Below are positions 13,928-25,199 of a stretch of DNA of 64,000 nt, in pieces (position 1 is the stretch's first letter; every line of letters begins with the position of its first letter). Below the pieces are notes generated by a model, which was not told the DNA's origin, searched no databases, and worked only from the letters and a program-made list of their open reading frames with translations. Made by a program: the position numbers and the translations under genes. This DNA comes from Cyanophora paradoxa CCMP329 (taxonomy: Eukaryota; Plantae; Glaucophyta), in the NCBI GenBank assembly GCA_004431415.1, contig QPMI01000255.1, positions 40,641-104,640 on the forward strand, written 5' to 3'.

Positions 13928-15808
13928 ACACACACCCTTCCTCCCCTCCTCCCGCCCGCCCCGCCCCGCCCCGCCCTTGCGTTGACTTTTAACGTCTGTA
14001 CAGCTTCGTCTCTATGGTTCAAAAGACGGCCCTCGCCGTCTGCATGGCCGTTTTCAGCGATCGGTGCGCCGGGCTCGATCGGCTGCGTTTGGGCAGGCCG
14101 ACGTTGACGGCGCGCGCAGACCCCTGATTCAGGCCCTAATGGGCGCTTTCATTATCTTCATAGGCAAGTGCTAGCGGAGCGCCCGCCGGCCTTATACGCA
14201 GCGCGCGCTGAGCGGCGGCTTCCGCGCACTGCGGCATGCGCAGGCATCGTGCTCCACATTCAGTTGAAGCCGCGCTCAAGCCGGCGGATGTCCGCGATCG
14301 AGGTGGCGTGCCAGATCGGCGTCCTCACCACCATCTGGCTGTGCGTCGACCTCCGCCCACCCGTTTCGTCGTGACGCAAGCGGGCACCGCAGGGGTATCT
14401 TCCTCTTCCCGGACGCGGAGCTGAACGAGGACCAGAAGAGCCTGATCGCCGCCGTCGGGCTCATCTTCAACGTCTCCCTCGTCGCCATCCTGTGTCTCCT
14501 CTACCTCTTCGGCGAGGAGCGGGTCCGCCCGCTCCGCTTCCCCGCCCCATGGGGCGAAGGGTCGCCTGATCTTGAAGAGCTCCGTCTGGGCCGCAGGTGT
14601 TCGACAAGATGCGGACAGTCATGCCCTGGATGCGGAATATCCGCGCCCGCACCGTCATGGTGCGCCGCGCCCCGAAGGACGCCGACGCCGACGCGGATGG
14701 TGCGGCGGAGGGCTCGGAGGTCCCGCGGGGGCCCTCGCCGCGGCCGGGCAGCCTCGTGCACGTGACGAGCCTGGACGGGGCGGAGCCCGAGCTCGAGCCG
14801 CCGCTCTCGGAGCCCGTGTACCGCGAGCTCGCGCCCGGCCCCGGCGACGACGTCGACCGTGAGAGCGCGAGCGCGGCGGGAGCCGGCCAGCGGGCACGCA
14901 GTCGCGGGAGGGACTACGGCGTCGATTCCGACGAGGAGCGCAAAGAGCGTGGCCTGGTCCTCGCGAAGGGGCCGATGGCGAGCCCGAGCCTGACGGGGAC
15001 GGCGGGGCCGAGCCCGCTCCTCGCGGGCCTCCGGGGGCCCCCGCTGGAGGGCGGCGAGCGGGCAGCGGAGGAGCGGGCGCCCTCGGCCAGCGCCCGGCCC
15101 CCGAGCGTCACCGCGCCCGACCTCTTCCAGCTGGACGCCCGCCCGCGCCCGGACGGCGAGCTCGATCGCGAGCCCGGGGCCTCTGACGCCGCCCCCGAAC
15201 CCGGCCATGAAAGCGGCAGCCCGTCCCTTGTCCGCGACGTCAGCCCCGAGCCGCCGCTTGTCAGCGTGGTCGACCCCGGGCAGCTGCGCAGGCAACGACG
15301 ATCGGCGAGCGCGCCCATGATAATGGTCGAGCCAATGCTGCCGAACCAGCCGATCTCAACCCGGCTCGACTTCGAGATGCTCCGCGTGGACGGGATGCTC
15401 CGCGTGGCGGGGGGCAACCCCGTCACCAGCGTCCATGCCGAATTCGACGGCGACCCGTCATCGCTAGATCCGTTGATGCGGGTGGTGTCGCCGTCGCTGT
15501 CGGGGCGCAGGATCATCCTCCCGCCCCTGCAGACGGCGTCAGCGATCGCCCCTGTCGACGATCCTTTCGGAGGGCGCTTCACGAGCAGCCCTCGGCCCCT
15601 CGGCTCAGACTTGGACGTGCTTCTCAGGCCGAGCTCGCGTGCGGCCGCTGGCGCCACCCAGCGCTCGCGGCCGCCGTCGACGTCGGCGTCGCCTGCCCCC
15701 GACCACGACGCCTCCGCCCCTGGCGTCGGCCGCGGTGGGGACGTCGACGGGGCGGCGCAGCGCGAGGATGGCGATCCTACCGTCAATTGCAAAATCGATG
15801 TTGTGTAA
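1..15808 (+). CDS. Giant intron-rich cell-surface membrane protein (5' partial): CUB-like domain, multiple IPT/TIG repeats, Cys-rich CDCGCG motif, parallel beta-helix (Pmp/pectin-lyase-like) repeats, Cys-rich stalk, multi-pass TM domain, disordered C-terminal tail
   Basis: Exon peptides joined across GT/GC-AG introns: IVLELREVSLSPGSSLK|VYDT (CUB-like); repeated S-G-P-x-x-GG-x-x-VTI-x-G motifs (IPT/TIG, e.g. about 1545, 1970, 2385, 4930, 5250); CDCGCGVFDPDC (about 6890); DGSFLRPFESVARAL, then many GGA(I/V) and FxxN repeats (about 7250-10730); CQSGYRGPLCGSC (about 11820); TM segments LQILLEFLQL, YGLGIPAG, FSFLYR|GYDREHFYF|..MVQK. Stop TAA at 15806-15808. No intergenic gap seen, so treated as one gene. 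Confidence 0.8.
11985..12260. repeat. Degenerate roughly 21-bp minisatellite inside an unusually long, AT-richer intron
   Basis: Recurrent GG(A)CACTTTCGCGCA-like units: GGACACTTTCTC, GGCACTTTCGCGCA, GGCATTTCGCGCTA, GGACACTTTCGCGCA. The intron is about 330 nt versus about 60 nt for its neighbours. Confidence 0.55.
13569..13935 (+). repeat. 167-bp tandem duplication (exon tail + intron + 29-nt microexon) ending in poly-C, followed by (CA)n
   Basis: ACTTCCGCCTCTTC...GCGTTCGTT-polyC occurs at 13569 and again at 13736. The microexon GYDREHFYF is at 13677-13705 and at 13844-13872. Confidence 0.9.
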
Positions 15809-17241
15809 CGCGTGTAAATTTAGCGTCGCGGCGAAGCATTCGGACCACCGTGGCATCCGATTTTGCATAGGGCTTTCTAGGTTGCTAGGCTTTTCGCACG
15901 TTCATGTCACAGTGTACACGTAGGAATTTCGAAAAAAACTACTGTAGAATTTCGAGCTCGTAGCACCTTTTTGGGTTCCTGCTGCAAAATATATACTATG
16001 CGCATGCCATGATATCGATGATCGTTAGAACGTTGGAGCACGTGCGTATGCATCATGGCATGGCCTCGCAGCTTCTCTTTTAACGAATTTAGATCGATCT
16101 TCTGATGAAAGATAGTAATGCGTAAATGATTTGTAGTTTCGATTCCGCCAAGTGTAAGTCGCTTTTACAGTATACGTATGCGTTCTTGTGCATGTCTAGG
16201 GAATCGTAGGCAAAGAAATGTGTAACGTAGTGTGTTGCCATGTGTAGTAGGCAAAAGTAGGCAAAGCGTTATATGTTGCTATGTATACACATGCGCAGTG
16301 CAAATTAAGTGTTCGAAATTATTGAAGCGCCAATTGCAGCGCTAGTCGACGTCTTGATTAAAGCCATATTGCATGATAAATTGAAGACATGATTCAAGCT
16401 GAGTGCCGAATCTGAAAGGGAGCAGCCAAACCAATTGCAATTCCAAAACTGAAGCTTTTGAGGGGAATGAGAATTCAAATGCCCCCTGCAGTGGGAAAGA
16501 AGTACGCGAAAGAGGATATCCAGTGCAAGAAGCCCAATATTTATGGGAATAACCAATGCAAAGGAATCGAAAGACTAATGTGAACAATAAAGAAGGACCG
16601 GAAATCAATTCGAAAGGAGGCTAAAAAATTCGAATTTGAAACACCAGGGCGCCTCATCACCCTCAGCCTCACCCTCACCCTCAGGGCGCCTCATTCATGA
16701 TCACGATTGGAATATTTGGGTCTCATGACGTCGGCGTCGACTGTTTCGAATTCACTCGCGTGCAATCACTCTCAGAGTCTAGATCTGATCACGTTGAGCT
16801 CGAGCCGGAGCCTGGACTGCGTGCGTTCTGGATAGGGCGCCGTGTCTGTCGTCTCGTCGCCGCGGCCGTACGCGCGATGGCCAGAGGGTTGGCATTGAGG
16901 AGGGCCGGGCCGGGTTCACGGTAGGTCTGACACCCCTTGTTTATAGCCGATCGCGAGTATACGTAGCTGCGCGGTACTTCTAGATCTGCCCTAGCGCTAG
17001 CGGCCATCATGGCACAGGCGTCGCTCCTGCCGGGCTGCGGAGCCGACGACGCTCTAGATCTGGCCCCAGCAAATTCGAATGGCGAACTTGCAATATTAAT
17101 GCGCCTATTTGACAGAACGCACTAACTGAATGCAAACTAACTGAATACAAACTCGCATTCAATGCAGTGCGCAGCTGCGGCCTGCGCTACGCGACGGGGC
17201 GCTGGCTGGTGCTCGGGCGAGAGCTCGGGGGGCCTACTAAA

Positions 17242-20200
17242 CTAGTATGCCATGAAGTCGAGGGCCTCCTCGTTGGGGTCCTCGAGGGGCGAGTAGGAGA
17301 CGACGGAGGCGGCGAGCTCGAGCGCGCGCCGCCGCGCCGCCGAGCCGGCCCGCACCGACGGCCGCCGCCCCGTTCCCGAGGGCGGCCGCCCCGCGTCCGG
17401 CGGCCCCGCGACGGTGAAGCTCTCGGGCCAGTGGGAGAGGGGGCGGCCCTCCTGCGTGACCCGGATCTGGTAGTCGCCGGGGGCGCTGGGGCGGAAGAGG
17501 CAGACGAGCGTGCCGTCCCCGGGGCGGAGCCACGAGACGGGGAGGCGGGAGCCGTCGGCCAGCGAGTCGACGGCGACCTCGAAGGGGCCCCCGCCCCCGC
17601 CCCCGCCCTCGGCGGCGCCCTCGCCGGCGGCGTCGAACTCGGCGTGGGAGGAGAGGAAGGCGAGGCGGCACTCGGTCCCCGGCGCCATCGCAGGCCGCAC
17701 CGTCGTCTCGCACAGCACCCGCGTCCCCTCCCCCGCTCCCCCCGCTCCCGCCGCGCCGCCGCCCCCGCGCTGCTCGCCCGCCGGCCCCGCCGGCACGCCA
17801 CCTCCGCCGCGCCGGCGAGCGAGGAGAAGAGCGGCCCCGGGGCCCCTCGACCGCAGCCTGCGGGGCCTCGCCGGCGGCGCAACCCGCGGCGCCGAGCGGC
17901 TCGAGCTCGGGCGGCGCGCCCCGAGCAGCAGCGGCTCCGGGGCGCCCGGCGGGGGCGGGCGGCGAGGGGGCGGGGCGGCGTGCGGGGCCGGCTCGGGGTC
18001 CGTGGCGGTGTACTCGAGGGACAGGCGGGGAGGGCGCCCCCTGGAGGGCCACGGCGAGGGCGTAGCGCCCCGGCGCCGCCGGCGTGAAGCGCACGAGGGC
18101 CTCCCCGGGGCACCGCCGGGGAGGACGGCGGCGGGGAGCGTGGGCCGCCGGGGGCCGTGGCGGAGGCGGCGAGGAGCGCCGCCGCCTCCTCCGCCGGCGG
18201 CGCGTTGCCGAAGGCGTCGGCGAGGCGCACGCGCGCCTCCACGGGCCGCCCCGCCGGGCCCGCCGCCGGCCCCGCCAGCTGCACCTTCGCCTGCTCCGCG
18301 CTCACCTCCGCTGCCGCCGCCTCAGCGCGCAGGGCGCCGGCCGGGGCGCGGGGCAGGGCGGCGGACCCGGGACGACGGTGAGGGAGAGGGGCACGGGGCA
18401 GGGCTCGCGGCCGGCGACGCGGAGGAGAAGGCGTAGGGCCCGCCGGCCCGCCGCGGAGTGAAGCTCGCCGCGTACGACCCTGCGCCCCCGCCCCGCCCCG
18501 TCGCTCCCCGCCCCGGGGACGGGAGGGCGGGGCGGGGCGGACCGTGGCCGCGGTCGCGGATGGCGACGGGGAGGGTGTCGCCGGCGGGCCCCACGCAGCG
18601 GAGGGCGAAGAGGGCGGCGTCGCCGCCGGCGCGGCGCAGGTTCCCGTGCGCGTCCACCGCCGTGAAGAGCAGCGCGCACTCCGTCCCCGCCACCAGCTGC
18701 CCGCTCCGCCCCGGCCCGTGGAAGCAGCGCCCCGGCTCCGGCGGCCCGGCTGCACTTCCACGCCGGCCTCCAGCGGCGGCAGCGGCCCGGCGGGGCCCCC
18801 ACGCCGGCGCGAGGGGCACGGGGCGGGCGGGCGGGCGGGGAGGCGGAGGGAGGCGGTGTAGGAGCCGGCGACGGTGGGGCGGAACTCGGCGAGGAGCGCC
18901 CCCGGCCGCGTTGGGTGCGGCCCGAGGGCCCCGGGCACCGTGATCACCGCCTCGGGGGCCCCGGGGCGCGCCGCCGCCGCGCGGAGCTCGGGAGCGAGGG
19001 TGCGCGCGTCCACCGACGCCCCCGCGTTGCCGAACTCGTCCCGCGGCACAAGCGCCACCCGGCACGCACTGCGTCCCCGCGTCAGCGCCGCCGAGCAGGA
19101 GGGGGGAGGGGGGGGGGGGGGAGGGGGCAGGGCTGCTCGCCCGCCGGCGGTGCAGTGGGGCGTCTCGAGCTCGAGGCGGGAGGTGAGGGGTGCGCGGGGC
19201 CCGGGGCGACCCGTAGGGGAAGGGCGATCCCGGGAGGGGCTGTCCGGCGAGGGCGAGGTGGACGCGGTAGCCGCCGGCGCGCCGCAGGCGGAGGGTCGCC
19301 ACGAGGGCGCCCCGCCGGCCGGCGCGGGGGCGACCTCCGCCGGCAGCGTCTCCCCGCCGGCGGCATCGGCCTCGGCCCACGCCTCGAGCACCGGTCCGAC
19401 GGGGGCGGCAGGGCCCCCGCCTGCGCCGCCAGCACGACGGTCGCCCGCCACGCCGCCCCGGCCCGCACCTCCGCCGGAGGCCGCCCCGCCAGCTCCCCGC
19501 CCGCCGGCCCGGCCCCGTCGCGCCCGCCTGGGCGCCGGCGTCGGCACAGCTTCGGGGTCCCTCGAGTAGCTCGACTCGTCGGCCTCCGTTCCGCTCCCGC
19601 CAGTCTCCGATGCCGCCGCCGCCTTGAGCGCCGCGGCGGCCTCCTCGCCAGGGTCCTCGGCGGGAGCGGGAGGGGGCGGCGGGCGAGGGCCTGGGCGGGG
19701 CCTGGACGGGGCCGGGAGGGCGCGCCAGCGGAGGGGCGTGCCGGGAGGGCGCCCCCGCGACGGCGACGCGGAGCTCGTACTCGCCCGCGGCGGCGGCGGC
19801 GGCCCCGCGGTAGACGCCCTCCCCGGCCTCCTCCAGCCGGCCCAGCGCCACCTCGCCCCGCCGCCGGCGCCCACGGGCCGGCGGCGAGGGCGAAGCGGGC
19901 CGCGTCGGCGCCCTGGGGGCGGAGGAAGCCGTTGCAGTCGCGGGCGACGATGACGAAGGAGAAGGGGGCGCCGGCGGGGAGGGGCCCCGCGCGCTCCGCG
20001 GCGACGCTGCAGCGGGCCGCCTCCAGCGGGCCGCTCTCCTCCCCGCACTGCGTCCCCGGCGCCGCATCCGCCTCCTCTTGCGCCCCTTGCGCCTCCTCCT
20101 CCTCGACCCCCCCCCTCTCCAGCAGCTCCTCCACAGCCTCCTCCTCTCTCTCCGCCCTCCCCTCCCCGGCCTCCGCCCCTGTCTCCCCGGCCTCCGCCCT

Positions 20201-23200
20201 CGCCTCGGCGAGGGCCGCGGAGGCCGGGGAGCTCTGCCGGCTCCTAGCAACGGCCGGCGGCGCCTCTTGCGCCTCCGGGGCCGGCGTGGCCGGTGCGGAG
20301 CTGGCTGCAGGGTAGGAGGCGGCGGCGGGGGGAGTCGAGGGCGAGGATGCGCCGTGGGGGCTCGTGGAGGGGGAGCGAGCGGGCGTGGGGGATGGCTCTG
20401 GGGAAATTTCGGGGGAGGAGCGGGGGCGGGGCGTGGGGGTGGACGGGGCGGGGTGGAGGCGGGGGCAAGACCGGGGCGTGGACGGGGAGCTGGAGCGGGG
20501 AGCCGCGGACGTGGAGCGGGGCGCCGCCGGCGGCCGGCACGACGCGCGCCTCGGCCGCGTACGCGCCGGGGAGCGTCGGGAGGAGCTCGACGAGGGCGTA
20601 GCCGGCGGGCCCCTCGACGACGGCGACGGCGGGGGGCGGGAGGGCTCGAGGCCGCCCGGGGCGAGGACGGAGGCGAAGAGGGCGGGTGGCGCGGCGAGAC
20701 GGCGTTCCCGAAGGCGTCCGCCAGCTCCACCCGCAGCCGCGCCGGGCGCCCCACCTCCAGCGGGCCGGCGGTCTCCACCCGCAGGCAGCTCCGCGCGGGG
20801 TCCGGCGCCCCGGGCTCGACCGCCCACACGAGGGTCGGGGGCCCAGCGGGGCCCCACTCGCGCCCCGCGGGGAGGGCCCCCTCGGGGCCGGCACCGCCTC
20901 TCCGGCGAGGCGGAGGCGGAGGGCGTAGAGGCCGGCGGCGGCGGGGGCGAAGGCGAGGCGGAGGGCGGCGGGCCGGCGGGCGGAGCTCGACGGGGAGGGG
21001 CGCCGCGGGGGCCCCTCGAGGGCCTCCAGCGCCGCCTCGACGCCCCCCGCGGGGCCCCGCCTCGTTCCCGAACGCGTCCCGGCACCGGAGCTCCACCCCG
21101 GCCTCCTCGCCGGCCCCCGACGCCGCCGGCCCGCGAGCCGCACCCGGCACGCAGCCGCGTGGGCCGGGGCGGGAGCACGGTCCAGCGCAGGGCTCGCCGG
21201 GATCGCCCGCCCGTCCGCGAACACCTCGACCTCGTACTCCCCGCCGCCTCCAGGGGCGTGCAGCACTCGTACGCCCCCTCCTCACCGTCCGCCGCCGCCG
21301 CGAAGCTCAGCGCCCGCGCCCGCCCTCGGGCCCGCGCGCCACGGCGTAGAGGCCGTCGGCGTCGGATGCGCCCTGCCGCCCCGTGAGCAGCCGGGGGAGG
21401 AGGAGCGCGGCGGGGGCGGGGCGGGCGGGTCGCACGGAGCGGAGGGCGCCGGAGTGGTCGCGCGCGGCGACGCGGATGCGGGCGGGGCGCCGGCGACGGA
21501 GCGCGCCGGCTCCAGGGCCGCCGCCCCGAGCGCTCCGCCGAGAGCACCGCTGCGCCGGATCGGCGGGGCGAGGCGGGGCGGGGCGGGGCGGGGCGGGGCC
21601 GGGCGGGGGGCGGACCGGGGACGGCGCTCCAGAGGAAGGGGCTCCCCTGGACGTCCTCGCCGGCGAGGGTGACGCGGCCGAGTAGTCGCCAAGCGGCCCC
21701 GCGGCGACCCGCAGGGCGTAGCGCCCGGGCCGGCGGCGGCGAGGGCGAACTCGGGGCGAGCCCCGCGGGGCCCCGCACCTCGAAGGAGAGCGCCTCGAGT
21801 CCTCCCGCCCCGCCCGCCCGTTCCCGAAGCGGTCCCTGGCCCCGCCCCCGCTCAGCAGCAGCGGCGGCGACAGCGGCCGGCGCCGGCAGAGCGGGCGAGC
21901 GCACCGGGTGGCGAGGAGGAGCTCGAAGGGCTCCCCCGCGGGGACGCGCACCGCCCCGCCGGCGCTCTCCAGCGCGCTCCCCGCGGCGCTCAAGGGCCCC
22001 GGGGCGACGGAGAGGGGGAAGAGGCGGCGGGCGACGAGCTGCCCGTCGAGGTCGGCCATCACCTCGTACGCCCCCGCCGCCTCCGTCCGGAAGGCCGCCG
22101 TCCAGACGCCCCCGGCGTGCGCCAGGCTCCGCATCAGCACGGGCCGCACGTGCACCCGCTCGCCCGTCTGGCGCCCCCTCAGCCGCGCCGGGGCGGGGCG
22201 GGGCGGGGCGGGCCTCGGGCGGGGGCGGCGGAGCGGATGCGGACGCGGAGGCGGCCCTCGACGGCCTCGATCGGGTTCAGGTTCCCCAGCGCCTGCCCCG
22301 CCCCGCCCGCCTCACGCCCGCCCCGCCCGCCCCCGGCGCCCCGCGGCCGGGCCGGCGCACGTCCCGGAGCTCGATGTGGAAGGCGGCGCTCTCGCCGGCC
22401 ACCGCCGCCAGCGCCGCGCCCTCCGCCACCGTGCACCGCCCCGCCGCGATGGGCGCTGCGGCGGCCTCAGGGGCGGCGGGGGCGGCGGGGCGGCGGGGGC
22501 GGCCAGGGAGGACGGCGAGCTCGAAGGGGGAGCCGGCGACGTGCGCCCCGTTGACGGCGACGTGCAGCAGGTACTCCCCCGTCCGCCGCGCCTCGTACTC
22601 CACCAGCTGCGCGCCCCGGGGCCCCTGCTCGCGACCCCGGGGGAGCGGGGCGGAGCGGCGGGCGCACGTAGGAGCCGTCCCGCGTCGGTGCAGCGGCAGG
22701 CGACGTGCACCCCCGCGGGGCCTCTCCCGCCTCGAAGCGGACCTTCGCGGGGGCGGCTCGGCGGGGCGGCTCGGCGGGGCGGGACGGGGCGGGGCGGGCG
22801 GGGGACCTCGACGAGGTCGCCGCCGGAGGGGACCTCCTCGCCCATCTCGTCCCGCGCCCGCACCACGAAGCAAGTCCCCGCCCCGCCTCCGCCCGACCCG
22901 TCCCGCCCCGACCGCCACGCTCCGCGCCCCGACACCCGCGCTGCGCCCCGCCCCCCGCTCGCCGCCCCGCCCCCCGCTCGCCGCCCCGCGAGGTCGGAGG
23001 GCGGCGGGGCACGGACCGAGGGTGACGAGGCGGCGGCGTGGCCGTAGCGCGGGGGCGGCGCCGGCCCGCCCAGCGTCACCTCCCGCCACAGCAACGCCTC
23101 TACCGCGCCCTCAGCGGCGCCGGGCGGGGCGGCCGGCGGGCGGGCGGGGCGCGCCACGGGCGGTGTCGGCGACCCAGAGGTCGGCGAGCCAAGGCCCGCG

Positions 23201-25199
23201 GGGGTCGCCACCCAGCCCCGACGAGCAGCAGCGCGCCGCGCGAGGCGGCCAGCGAGTGGCCCTCGCGCGGGCACGGCCCGCGAGGGCCCCCGCGCAGCAG
23301 GCGGGAGCGCCAGGCGGCCGTGTCGAGCACCCAGGTGTCGGCGGTGAGGACGTTGACGAGGGCCCCGGTGGCGGCGTCCACCGCCGGCGTGCGCCCCCGA
23401 AGACGAAGACGTGCCGCCCACGGCGGCCGCCGCGTGCCCGTAGACGGCGGGAGCGGGGGCCGGCGGCGCGCAGGTAGGGCTCCGGGCCGCCGCCCTCGGG
23501 CCGGGCCGGGGGCGGGGCCGGGGAGAAGAGGAGCTCGCGGGACGCGAGGCGGCCGCCGGCGAAGGAGAGCTCGTAGGCCGAGTCCGGGAGGGGGCGGGGA
23601 TGGCGGGGCCGGCGGGGCCGGGGCCGGGGCCCGGGCGGGGAGGAAGGCGCAGCCGCCGAGCACGAGGGCGGCGTCGGGCGGACGGGACGAGGGCGTGCTG
23701 GCACCGGGCGAGGGGAGGAAGCCCTCGACGGCCCCGGCCGCCACCAGTGCACCGCCCCGTCCGCCCTCACTGCCCCCGTCCACACGTCCCCCAGCACTCG
23801 CCCTGCGCCCCGTGCCCCCCGCTCGCCCGGGCGCCCCGCGCGTACCGCCGGCAGAGCGCGCGCACCGCCGAGGCCGCGCCCGCCGTGCACCACCAGCGCG
23901 TTCCCTGCGCGCGCGGTCGGCCCGCGCGGCGACCGGCGGGGGCCGCGGCGAGGCGCGCACCGATGCCTGGCAGCACGCAGGCCGCGTGCCCCTCCCTGCG
24001 GGGGGCGTGAGGGCGGGGGCGGGGGCGGGGGGGGCGGGCCTGAAGGTGGGCGGGCGGGGCCGAGGGCCGGGCGGGCTGGCAGGCGCCGGAGCGGGGTCGA
24101 GGAGGAGGAGCTCGTTGGAGAGGGCGCCCTGGGCGCGCCCCGAAGAGGGCCACCCAGCTCCGCTCCCCGGCGCCAGCCCCGCCGCCAGCGCGCACGCCGG
24201 GCCCAGCCGCACCACGCTCGCGCTCTGCCGCAGCCGCCCGGGCCGCCAGAGGGCGGGCCCTTCTCGCGGGCCGGGCAGGGGCGCGGGCGCCAGCGGGGCG
24301 GATCGGCGGGCGGGGGCGGGCTCGAGGAGGTGGAGCTCGTCGGAGAGGAGCTGCCGGCACGCCGCCGCCGCCTCCAGATCCTCCTTCGCCACCTCCCCGC
24401 CCCGTACGTCGCTGCCCCCGCCCCGCTCGCCCCCGCCCCGCCCGTCCCCCTCCGCGCGCGCCCCGGGCGGCGGCGCGCACCGCAGGCCTCCCAGATGCTC
24501 CGCCAGTACTGCTCCCCGGTCTCCCCGAAGCCGCCCAGCAGCAGCAGGCGCCTCCCCGCGAGGGCGCGCCCCAGCAGCGCCAGCCCCGCGCCGTCCCGCC
24601 ATCCCCAGACGCCGGCGCCGGCCCTGGCCCCTCGCCTCGGCCGCCGGCCCCAGCGCGGTGTGGCGGCGCGCACCTGTGCTGGGTCGGACCGGCGCGGGGC
24701 TCGGCGTGAGTCCCGAGGGGCCCTGCAAATGGCGCGGCGAGGCGGTCCGCCGGCCCTGCCGCGCCGCCCTCTTCAGTGGGCGCGGCGCGGGTGCGCGCAG
24801 GGACGCGCGCAGCATCATCGGAATCAATCTGGCAGCCTCGCGCACGTGCGGGGGAGACGCGTTGCGGGGCGACCGGCTCCCCGATGCTGAGCGGCGCGTC
24901 GCAGAGGGCGACTGCGTGCGCTCCGAGAGAGGAGACCCAGCATCCGCCTGCCACTGCTGCACGTACTGCTGCGCGGCCTTCTGCCGCGGTGACGCGAGCT
25001 TCTTAGCTTCCTGCGGCGTCGAGGGCTTCCGTGGGATGTGCGCGCTGTCCCGCGCCGGCTGCACCAGTGGGAGGCCACCGGCACTGATGCGTTTGCTGGA
25101 GCTGGCGCTGCCTGAGCTAGCTGTGCGTAGCCGAGGCGTGCGCTGCTGCTCGTCCAAAGGGGGCGGCACGACCGGAAGCAGGGCTACCGGCGGCTCCAT
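17242..25199 (-). CDS. Kelch-repeat + multiple filamin/ABP280 Ig-repeat protein (many apparent frameshifts)
   Basis: ATG 25199 (MEPPVALLPVV). Kelch motifs RRLLLLGGFG, PCPREGHSLAAS, PPPRYGHAAA, HVFVFGG. Filamin motifs GEYLLHVAVNGAHVAGSPFELAVLPG, VELADAFGN, DEFGN, GDYQIRVTQEGRPLSHWPESFTV. Stop after ..ALDFMAY at 17242. The frame shifts repeatedly in G/C runs. Confidence 0.75.

Noticed and set aside
16645-16695. CCCTCA repeats as interstitial telomere
   Set aside because: Only three to four imperfect units between two CAGGGCGCCTCAT copies, too short to support.
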